Of a stretch of DNA of 45,000 nucleotides, positions 34,901-45,000 are shown piece after piece. The position numbers and the translations under genes are program-made. The notes beneath the pieces are model-generated. The model saw only the letters and a list, made by a program, of their open reading frames with translations, did not search any database and had not been told where the DNA came from. Source of the DNA: Takakia lepidozioides (Eukaryota; Plantae; Bryophyta); NCBI GenBank assembly GCA_030704615.1, contig JAKLZA010000318.1, positions 1 through 45,000 on the forward strand, written 5' to 3'. Position 1 is the stretch's first letter. Each line of letters opens with the position of its first letter.

Positions 34901-36865
34901 GAAGAGAGTGGCTATTGCTAGGAAGGAACTTCAGTGCATTGAAACCTCACCTTCTCTTTCGCCTCCACACATGCCGTTGAGAGGTGATGCAGTTTCTCCA
35001 ATTGCATGGTCGGCTGCATGGCCCGAGAATAGTGTTTTGCAATCTCGGGGATGAAGTCCTTTCCAAGTGCCGGATCTGCAATTGCCACCAGCTTCACAAG
35101 CTTTGACTTGTATTTGGTTCTGGACTTGACACCGGCTTCCTTCAAGTGCTCAGTCAATGACTGCAACGTTTTGACCTGCCCCTCACTTTCCATGAAGAAG
35201 CGTTTGGCATGGGCCAAATCCAGCTTGATGTTTGACTGCCAACAAAAACATGCAGAAGCGTTACATTCGATTCATGTGGAAACATTACTGAAAATTGGGG
35301 AAGGATGAGCAGAGGGAAATTGGAGGACGACTTACTTCGTATATCACCTCCACCATTCCATCCATAGTGAGACGATACCATGTCCGGTCTGTTTTTGCAA
35401 CGGCTTTCTGAATGAGCTCGGGCTCCAGCATTTCCGCAAACATCTGCGGATCAGTGAGACCAGTTTTCCTCACCCTGTACAGCATGTGTGCCATGTGGGT
35501 ATGCACGTACGCATTTTCAGTGACCCTGCAAGGCACACTCTCCAGTTCAGTACACGGAAGCACGGAAACAAACCAGAATGGAAACCGAAATGCGGCACCG
35601 CATTTCGAACGTGCTAGGGAGGGTATGAGTATCTTACGAGTTGAGGTCCGCCATGGCATTCTTGAGCAGGGAGGAGTCTGCCGCCTTCACCTTCAGGATG
35701 ACACACTCCACCATGTAATGCCAGCCAATGTGCTTGGCATGGTTCTGCTTGATGTACTCCCACCAGGCGAGAAGTCGGTGATTCCCGTCCCACACAAAGA
35801 ACATTTTACCCGACATATGGCCGAAGTCGGGATCACCCTTCAGCGTCGCCTCGAATTCGTGGTTGCGAGTGTGCCAGTGGGTATCCCACGTTGACAATTC
35901 ATCGGCAGTGGGTCCACGAGTTTCGCCGTCCTCATTCTCAATGGAAACGTAAAACGCTGCCGATCCCAGACGGTACCCTTCTCGAAATGCGAACTTGAGC
36001 TTATCCACATCTCCGGGAAGGGCCTGCCTGACGATGGGAAGGGAGACCATGCGACAGAGTGGGATTCGAAGAGTCCGCTGGAATACCCTGCTGCCCAGAA
36101 CTCTGCCAATGCTACTGTGTGTCTCCTCCAACATTTTATCCGCTGCACTTTTGAAATCCTCCGGAGACATGTCTGTAGGTGCCGGTAGTGGCTGAGCAGC
36201 TGGAGCATCCTCAACTGGAGCTGCACTCTGGGGCCTGTGTGCGGGCAATTCTGCCATTGCAGAGGCCTCCTCCGGGCCTGCTTGCTCATCGGTGGTGAGG
36301 TCTTGCTGCGAAAGTTGAGCGGCAGCACCCTCCTCCGGTACCAAATCGAGATCAACGGTCGATCCCATTGCCTGAGCTGCAGCAGAGTCGGCCCCAACAT
36401 CTGCAGGCGGGAAATCCTCCAGGAACTGAGCTTCAGCTCGTGGAAGCGGTTTTGCGGGAGATTGTTCGCCCGTCGCCCTGATTGCCTTCTGCTTCCTCAT
36501 CCTTGCAGGTGAAGGTGTCTGCTGCAATTGAATCTGTCTTCTACCCTGCTGCTTCATTCGCGTTGGGGGGGGTGAATCGGCCTGAGCCGGTTCAGAAGCC
36601 AGTAGAGGGACGGGCTGCTTCTTCTTCGACTTTGCTGGAGAAGGGCCCGACCCCTGCTGGCGATTCTCCATGACCGAAGAACGCGAGTCGATCTCTGGGA
36701 CTTTGAACTTGCCCTTCGAAGACGCGTCTTTGAATCGCAGAGGGCTAGGCCCGGCAGGAATACCCGCGCTCGGGGATCGGGTGGGTGTACGTGCTGCAGC
36801 TAGCTCCTCGGACTCTTCCTGCGGCTCTTCGGATTCCTGCGATCCCTCCAGCACGTCCACCTTTC
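31973..36865 (-). CDS. ParB-like + DNA methyltransferase-fold accessory gene, A copy 2
   Basis: Same exon structure as copy 1. The ParB exon is fully open (419-aa ORF 35634-36893). 1-nt indels occur at ~33290 (T run) and ~34648. Confidence 0.8.
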
Positions 36866-36954
36866 CTGTTAGGCATGCAAACATGTTCTGCATTCAAGTC
36901 TCCTAGCATTCAGTCTAAGAATTACAGAAGCAAAATGGGGGGTTCGGTGCTCGA

Positions 36955-37161
36955 TCAGCTGCGCGCAGCCCGATCGCATGGAGCTCTCACTGGTGGCTGG
37001 GTTGCCTGAGTGGCCTGCTGCTCGGAGATGGCAATCTCCTCCTGTAGACGCATCTGCTTCCTCCCCTTCGGCATTGGCCTACGTCCGAAGTATAATTTCC
37101 GGAGCTTGCGACGAGGTCTCCTGTCTGGTGCACGAACTCCCCCCCTCTCAGGTTCGAGCAT
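36955..37161 (-). CDS. Short basic ORF or first exon, A copy 2
   Basis: Identical peptide to 10072-10278. Confidence 0.5.
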   Translation of the reverse strand: MLEPERGGVRAPDRRPRRKLRKLYFGRRPMPKGRKQMRLQEEIAISEQQATQATQPPVRAPCDRAARS

Positions 37162-37511
37162 AAGAAGAACAGAGAGAGGGAAAAGGGCCAAAGAGTGCAG
37201 ATGGAAAGGGCGCGAGAGGGGTGACTGAGGAGACACGACAAAAGTAGATGAAACGGCGGTGATGCACCACTTGGGTTCGAAAGGGTTGGACGAAAGTGTC
37301 TCCTCGGGGAGTTTGCGTCATTACGAAATTCGAATCGTTGAGGGTACGCCTGCCGTCCGAAAAACAAACATCATTATCCAACGGTCAGGCCGCGCCGCCT
37401 CATGCCCCTTCAGTCAGATAGAGTGCCGACATGTGCAGCAATTCCGTTGCTCCACGTGTTCACATTTCAAGGTATTTCCGTCCCAGCGTCTGATGAGTTG
37501 GAGCGAAAATG

Positions 37512-39208
37512 CGAATGCGGCGCCGCATTTCCGTTAAGTACGATCACTCTGCTACACATCCGTACTTGTTGGAAGAAAATGCGGCACCGCATTTCCGTTC
37601 CACCTTCACATACCTTAGTTGTTGAACGGAAATACGGTGCCGCATTTCCGTCCCACAGCTCCAAGTATGAGATTCAAAAGGGAAATGCGGCGCCGCATTT
37701 CCGTTCTGGAATGTCGAAAGGTGCGATTGGACGGGAATGAGGCACAACATTTCAGTTCCCGTGGTTCATGATTTTCAATGTGAACGGAAATGCGGTACCG
37801 CATTTCCGTTCCCACTTCACATCCGTTAGATGATGAATGGAAATGCCGTGCCACATTTCCGTTCGGGAAAGTATAGAGGTCTCACCTGGACAGAAATGCG
37901 GTGCCGCATTTCCGGTCGGAAAGTTTGAAGGTCTCACATGGATGGAAATGCGGGTACACATTTTCGTAGCACAGCTCCAGGCCCCATATACAAAACGGAA
38001 ATGCGGCGCCGCATTTCCGTTCTAGAATGTCGGAAGGTGCGACTCGAACGGAAATGCGGTGCCGCATTTCTGTTCCCGTTGCGCACGATTTTCAGTCAGA
38101 ATGGAAATGCGGTACCGCATTTCCGTTCTGTAGAGTATTAACGTCTGACGCTGGCGGAAATCCGTGCCGCATTTTCGTTCCAAGCTCCATGCCTCACATA
38201 CAAAACGGAAATGCGGCGCCGCATTTCCGTTTTGGAATGTCGGAAGGTGCGACTCCACGGAAATGCGGTACCGCATTTCAGTTCCGATGTTTCAGGATAT
38301 TTCATCAGAACGGAAATGCGGTGCCGCATTTCCCTTTTGAATCTAATACATTCCGTTCGGAATGTTGGGAGGTGCGACTCGGATGGAAATGCGTTGCCGC
38401 ATTTCAGTTCCGATGGTTCACGATTTTCAGTCAGAACGGAAATGCGGTACCGCATTTCCGTTCTGGAATGTTGGTAGGTGCGACTCGGATGGAAATACGG
38501 TGCCGCATTTCAGTTCAGATGGTTCACGATTTTCAGTCAGAACGGAAATGCGGTTGCCGCATTTCCGTTCTGGATAGTATGAATGTCTCAAGCGGTCGGA
38601 ATTGCGCTGTATGAAGCTGTCGGAATCGCACTCGGCTCCATGCATCAGATACAAAATGGAAATGCGGCGCCGCATTTCCGTTCTGGAATGTCGAAAAGTG
38701 CGACTCGGACGGAAATGCGGTGCCGCATTTCTGTTCCCGTTGTTCATAAATCTCAATCAGAACGGAAATGCGGTACCGCATTTCCGTTCCACCTTCACAT
38801 ACCGTGCTTGTGAATGAAAATGCGGTACCGCATTTCCGTTCTGGAGAGTATGAATGTCTTTTAAGGACGGAAATGTGCTGCAGCATTTCTATCCCTCAGC
38901 TCCATGCATCAGATACAAAATGGAAATGCGGCGCCGCATTTCCGTTCTGAAATGTCGGAAAAGTGCGACTCGGACGGAAATGCGGTGCCGCATTTCTGTT
39001 CCCGTTGTTCATAAATCTCAATCAGAACGGAAATGCGGTACCGCATTTCCGTTCCACCTTCACATACCGTGCTTGCTGGATGGAAATGCGTTACCGCATT
39101 TCCGTTCTGGAGAGTATAAAGGTTTCCCCGGACGGAAACTCGGTGCCGCATTTCCGTCGCTCTGGTGCATGACCAAGATGCAATACGGAAATGCGGCGCC
39201 GTATTTCC
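37512..39208. repeat. Central 53-bp-phased palindrome array of A copy 2
   Basis: As 10627-12240, with two additional units at ~37703-37808. Confidence 0.95.
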
Positions 39209-39637
39209 GTCCACCAGCAATCGAAAGAATCACTCGGGACGGGAAATCTGGAACCTGAATGGGTTGCATTGTTCCGAAACAACACAATTGCGGCCAGTCT
39301 TGATGAGCACAACTTGGTTGTCTGACCGTTTTAACCAGCAGTCCTGGCACTTGTCAGTGCGAACGTTCCTGTCTGCACCGAGAATACTGCTGGATCCACC
39401 CTCAGGAGAAACTGTCAGGAGATGTTATTTCGTCGCCGAATCGGCCATCATTGTCATACTCACTGGCTATGGAATCAAACCTCCCACCTTCATGCATGTA
39501 GCTTGAAACAATACTTTCCACTTCAATGTGCGACTTCCAATCGTCGATGGACTCCGCAGATCCACTTAGATGGTGCCTGTGAGCCTTGGTCTGTCGCTAT
39601 ACTGAACCTCGCACTTGCCAACTCCGTGCGGTGTTCG

Positions 39638-42600
39638 ATGGCTCCGAATTCCTACGCTATAGTTTGCTGTCCTCCGCAACTTGGGAGAGCCTGGATCCCA
39701 AACGAGGGAGGACTTTGCAGAGTGACTGAAACTTACCTTTGTTCCAAATTCAAGCTCAAACCGGGCACAGTTTATTTGGAAGAAGAAAGGAAGGATGTTC
39801 CTGGACAGGTTGACGAGACCATTGTCGTGCTAGGTAACGACGGAGGTTGCGGAATCGAATGGCACGTTCCCCCGTCAGACACCATCCTGTACCGAGCTGT
39901 GGGAATGCCCATTCCCTTTCCGAATCAGTCGCTGCCCACACCATCCACAAAGGAGTCCGGAAACCGAGAGGCGGCCACTGCCAACAGAGAGGTATGCAAC
40001 GATAATCATTCCCGACCTGGACCGTCAAGACCCTCCATAGCTTCTCGTGTGGACGTATTCGACATTTCCGACGAGGAAGATGATTGCATTGAGGTACCCA
40101 TGTCCTCCACACGGTCGTTCAAATCCGGCATGGACGTCTCTGTAGGTGCTACGCATGTGCCCTCGAGCATAACTCCAACCCGGTCCATTGTGCAGCTCCT
40201 ACGACAACATCACCTCGATGGTTCTCGCTCCGAGCTGGCTGCTCTCGACTATGCCAAATTCCCAGTCAGAAAGGTAACGTTTCTGCCTCCCGAAGTCGAT
40301 GGCAATGTCATCTTCGAGTTTCCACCTGTTTCTTCGTCAAAGAAAGCCTCCGGGATGTTAACAGACATGGATCGAAAGCATGACGGACACCCCTGGTGTG
40401 TGACGAAGACCAGTAGCACGAAAATTGCTGATGGTGTTCGTGTACGATATGTCCTCTGTGCGGGGAAGCTGAGGTGCCTCAATCCCACCTGCTTCCACTT
40501 TCTCTCCAAAGGAGGGCGGAGAAACGAGACGGATTGGACTGGCACAACGCATCATCCATTCATTGTCTCCAGCCAAGCTCCTGCGGGTTCTTTCAAGTGT
40601 GCACATTGCAAAGAACCACCGACGTGCATGTCCATGTGCAGAGCCAAGCAATATTACGTAATCCATTTGCTCCCGGACTTGACTAGAGCTTGCATACACG
40701 TTGGGGTCCACTGCCACCCCTTGGCGAGAGGCAACATGCGTGAGGCTGTGCAGGAAGCACACGACATCATAAAAGAGGAGGTGAAATTGAGCCCCGGAGC
40801 CAGACCAAAGCAGATTCAGCTGAAGGCAGCCCACAAGATTGCTCTTGGCAAAATCATGTCTGAAGATGGTTCCGACCGAGAGCCCTTGACCGAAGACGAG
40901 ATGCGTGACCTCTTGGAGTCCGTCTCGCACGTTTGTAGTCCGAATGTGCGGAATCACATCGTATCTTGCAAGCAGGAGTTCGGCAGGGGGTCGGACATGT
41001 ACTCAATCCTGGAGGTGAAACGAATGACTGGATATGACTACATCCAAGGTAGCAGGTTTCCAGGGCAAGGCAGCGAATCCGATCGTTGTTACATTTTCAA
41101 AATGTCGACGTGTGGGCCTGGGAGTGGAGTCGACTTGGTCACTCGCATGACAACTGGAAACTTGTCGAATGCTTGGGTGATGTTTGATCACATCAAGCGA
41201 ATTACAAACCATCAGTGGGTGACTATGGGTGCGCATGTTTATGACTATCACTCCAAGAGGCTCATGACGATTGCAATCTGCGAGATGAAAGGGGAGGACA
41301 CACAGTCCGAGATGCATCTGTGGGAGGGCATAAACGAGCAGATGGCAAGGGCGGGATTGCCAGAGCCCAATTTCAGGGGATTCATGGCAGACAACGCTCA
41401 GGCCAACTGGGCAGCGGTGCGGCGTGTGTACGGTGAGGACCCCAATGTTCCAATGGAGGGGAAAGAGAGATCCTGTGGATTCCATTGGATGCAGAGTCTA
41501 TCCCACTACACTACCAAATTTGTTGCTAGCTCATTCCAGGCTGAACACCGTGTCCTTTGTACGGCGTGGAAGGATGCACCCACATTTGATGACGCGGAGG
41601 TTAAGTTTGCTATCATCGAGGCTTGGTGGAACACGTCAGGTGCAGTGGAGACAACCAATCTGGGAGCATTGCACAGCTGGTTGGGGTGGTGGCATTTTCG
41701 GTATCGACAGTTCGGACAGTACATGCGGGAGGTAGGCTGCTGTCAATTTCGTTCATTTGTCTTTCTGTTACGGACATTTCGATTGGTCCCTCACCATTGT
41801 TTGTGTCCTTCTAGGAGCGGTGCTTGGATTCCGACACGGACATGCCGAACACGAATATGGCAGAATCGGTCCACTCCTCCTGGCGAGCGTCTTCTGCCGC
41901 ACATCTGGTGGACGTAGTGACGGCCACAACGGAGGACATCGACAGAGCAATCATGCAGCAAGCCACGTACTACAAGTTCCTGAGCGGCAAACAATGGGGC
42001 TTTGGGCCGGACAGGGAGGAATTGTTGGTACGAACAGCTTCGAGGTCCAAGAATCCAGTGAAATGGACGACAGCATTGCGAGAGAAGATCAAAGGGACGC
42101 CTCTGCACCGCAGAGGTGAACACCTAGAGGGGGACGTCCGGACTCGCCCTGTCAGGCGGAGGATTGAAGAGGAACCCGGGTGCGAAGAGGATTCCTGGAG
42201 ATCCGACAGGAACATTCGGACAGCACCTCGAGGTCCCGTCATGTTGCCGCACAATGTGTCTTCCAGCAGTGGAAGCCCAAGAAATTCCAGATCGCCGTCG
42301 CCTTCAACCGGGGATTTCGTGCAAAAAATTCCCACCGCTCCCTTGCCCCACTTTCCGCCCGTTGTTATGCAGTATGGCCAAGCCATTGTGGAGACGACTG
42401 TGTCTGCATCACAGTGGAGAATTGCTCGCACAAAGCCGTCGTTTCGAGGAAGGTGTTCCGCAATTCGTGTGGATACACGGCAACGTTGTTTAGAGATGAT
42501 AAGGAGGAATCCAGATGGGGCTGTCCCTGCTCCTACTTTTACAGGAAGATTTGTCCATGCAAAGTTTGCGGAGGCGACAACCACCCAGTTCTGGTTCTGC

Positions 42601-43245
42601 AGGCACGACATTATGACTTGCGTGTATGGAAAGCCCAAGTACGGCATACAAACAATGCCAGAGGCTCCCCCGGTGTGGCCGGTGGAACCAGGCTGCGATC
42701 TGAGTCAGGTTGAGGCCGACGCCCTTACCGCCGCAGGATTTCGGATGGTGCAGCGCACTGACGTCCCCAGAGAACCATTTCCGCTTCCACAGCCTCCACC
42801 ACCGACCCCTGTGAGAGCAAGAACAATGGGACACGACAGCTCTAAGCATCCTACACACCGTTGGGGGAAACCGAAGAGGCGGCGACCTCCCTCAAAAGTG
42901 AACGAGACAAGGATGGGGAATGCACTTCGGATGAACTGTACAATCCAGAGCTCGACAGAAGTGCCCCCACCAGGATTCGGGCGTGTGTATCAGATGGCCA
43001 CGGCGGGCTCAGCTGTTCGCAATGAGGTGTACACCATCACCATTTCAGAATTACCCACCTGCAATTGCACCGACTTCCAGATCATGGCGAACAAGGGGGC
43101 ATCATACTGCCCTTGCAAGCATTTGTACTACGTGTACCTAAAGAGACTCCGTTGTAATTCCACAACTCATCACTTCATACATGCACCAGGGTTGAGCCCC
43201 CAGGAGGTTCACACTCTTCTGAATATGGATCCAGGGGACCAGTGA
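39638..43245 (+). CDS. MULE transposase, family A, apparently intact (~1174 aa, 2 exons)
   Basis: Exons 39638-41731 and 41815-43245. DDE motifs WVMFDHIKR, FMADNAQA and TNMAESVH; CGFHW (CxxH); GCM-like CAGKLRCLNPTC..CAHC..HVGVHCHP; SWIM CNCTDF..CPCKH. The start was chosen by alignment with family B. Confidence 0.92.
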
Positions 43246-43994
43246 GCTTGGCTTGCGGTCCACATACAATGGTACGCCCATCCTTTTCGGATAGTAGAAC
43301 TGTACTGCTGCCAGTACCTCAGACTCTGGCCACACAAAGGTCCGACATATGTCTTGCCTACCAGTAACCTGTTTTGCTCGAACTAAGATATTACTATATC
43401 GTTCACTTGTTTCCACGTGCATGTATTTTTGTATGTTGGAGGGTTCATGTTTTTCTGCTTTCCGAAAACTTGCTTTCCTCATTCGACCTCCGACAAGGAA
43501 ATGCGGCGCCGAATTTCCAAGTATCGTCGTAGGTACCCCCAGAGGCGGCCTTCGCCAACACCAAACCCGCTCCGAAATTTCGCACGTGCGAACCCTAATG
43601 CGGCACCCTATTTCCCAGTTCAGTTGCAAACCTTTCCCGCCGAATACCCGAAGAAGACAGAATTGTGAAGTACTGCAGACTGTATTGGTGCAGACTCCAT
43701 TGGTTCAATCGCGGCAAAAGGGTCAGCTTCATTCCAATGTTAAGGCATGTAAAACCGCGGAATACTCTATACAGGCCAGTATGCGACGTCCTTTTGCAGT
43801 GGTATACTGGATTTCCCGTTGCACGGTCACTTATTTCCATGAGCGGATCTAAAAAACCATGAGCGGACTTGTTACTGACGACATATCTTCGCCGCATTAC
43901 ATGATCTGGAACGTCCAAAAACGGCAAGGTCAAATTAAAAACTATTATTTTAATACTTGTTTAATCTGCCGCATTTCCAAATTTGGAGGAGTCC

Positions 43995-44097
43995 GCTCAT
44001 GAAATCCGCGTATCTTAGACTTCGGCTCACCGCTCATGCGGCTCATGCGGCTCATGGCTCATGGCTCATGGTTTCTGCTCATGAAATAGTAAACCTC
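43995..44097 (-). repeat. Right terminus of A copy 2
   Basis: Same GCTCATG run and terminal TAGTAAACCTC as copy 1; flanks differ immediately afterwards. Confidence 0.9.
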
Positions 44098-44140
44098 AAC
44101 ATTCTTGCCATCGTTCTTATAAAAAACATGTCTGTTGCAG

Positions 44141-44958
44141 GTGAGCACAGGTCCCACCTTCGTGTGCGGTGTGCAGAAAACTTATGCGGCCGACATTGTC
44201 ATTCTCGACATCCCGGATGGCCAGGCTGTGCCAGAAGTTCTTCCAAAGGGCAAGACGGCAGGCTGGAACAAATTCGAGGACAACTACTGGAGTTGGGTGT
44301 TCGGGTTCTTTAACAATTTCCTCTCTGATGCAGGGACACTTCTGCTTTTTCAGTCATGTGACAATGATAGTCGTCGGGCATTGGCATCATACCTCAAGTC
44401 TTCAGGGTTTGAAGTTTTGCGCATGGAATTGTGTGAACAGCCTCTACCTTGTGAAAGGGGGTTTCCCTGGTCAGCTGGTATGCCGTCTCCCTTCTGCTTG
44501 TGCTTTGATCATGAGTTTCAATTTTCTCTGCAGCTCCACTGTAGTAGAATGTTTTATGATCGACACCGATCATCAACGATTCATGATTTTTTTGTGTCAG
44601 AGTTCTGAATAGCCGATGTACACACTTCCACTATAGATTGTGTTTACCACACTAACCTGCTATCTTTGCCAGACGAGGATGTTCGAGGCGATCTGCCTGC
44701 GGAGGATTCGCACATCAAAGACACCATCCTCCATCCGCAACTTTGAGATTTCTGACCAGGGTTGTTTCGTCAACCCCCCCTATGAACCCCATGTCGATGA
44801 CATTTTGTACAACTTCATGCAGTCCAGTCAGACTCTGAAGAGACCAGATGGCACTCCCTGGAGAGGTGCAAAGGAAAAGTCACCAGCATTCATGCAAATA
44901 CTGCTGGAGTCAGGCAGCCACCGCTCTGCACGGGTGGTCGATCTTTCTGTGTCCACAG
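44141..44958 (+). CDS. Methyltransferase-fold exons of a diverged accessory gene (probably family C); one frameshift near 44420
   Basis: Exon 44141-44477: ADIVILDIPDGQAV...WNKFEDNYW..F.F...LSDAG.LLLF...WNCVNSL. Exon 44673-44958: TRMFEAICL...FVNPPYEPHVDDILYNF...PWRGAKEKSPAFMQILLESGSHRSARVVDLSVSTG. Both following introns match A in position and phase. Confidence 0.8.
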
Positions 44959-45000
44959 GTTCGTTTTTTCCCTTCCGAATTGGTTTCCTTTCAACAGTTT

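Larger units (their letters stand above)
31239..44097 (+). mobile_element. Family A element, copy 2 (left ~1.8 kb missing)
   Basis: Near-identical direct repeat of 4320-17114, from AATTGATCAGAAAACGAGG to TAGTAAACCTC. Confidence 0.92.
25868..45000 (-). mobile_element. Family C Mutator-like element, interrupted by family A copy 2 and running off the right edge
   Basis: Putative terminus at ~25868; intact transposase on the minus strand; plus-strand accessory-gene pieces on both sides of A copy 2. Linking the two sides is inference. Confidence 0.6.

Overview
Eukaryotic DNA with spliceosomal GT-AG introns of about 80-150 nt; a non-seed land plant or green-lineage host is plausible but cannot be proven here. 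Almost the whole window is a nest of related Mutator-like (MULE) DNA transposons. Family A has a complete copy at ~2481-17114 and a near-identical, left-truncated copy at ~31239-44097. A degraded family B element spans ~17115-25867. A family C element starts at ~25868, is interrupted by the second A copy and resumes at 44098. Each family has a ~1150-aa transposase (GCM/WRKY-like Zn domain, MULE DDE core, SWIM finger) and a large spliced accessory gene, divergently oriented where the layout can be read. In A the accessory gene fuses a ParB/Srx-like domain (WDGNHRLLAW) to a beta-class N6A/N4C DNA-methyltransferase fold (DIPD in the DPPY position; VLDLICGTGASMWAG..R...YE). B preserves the ParB half and C preserves the MTase half, with shared intron positions. 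A and B also carry arrays of 22-bp palindromes (GGAAA-NN-CGGYRCCG-NN-TTTCC) phased at 53 bp and a conserved, intronless ~188-aa orphan ORF. Together this looks like a transposon-borne ParB/parS-like plus methyltransferase module. A degenerate RPA1-like OB-fold gene lies at the left edge. All calls come from reading motifs and comparing copies by eye; no database searches were run.
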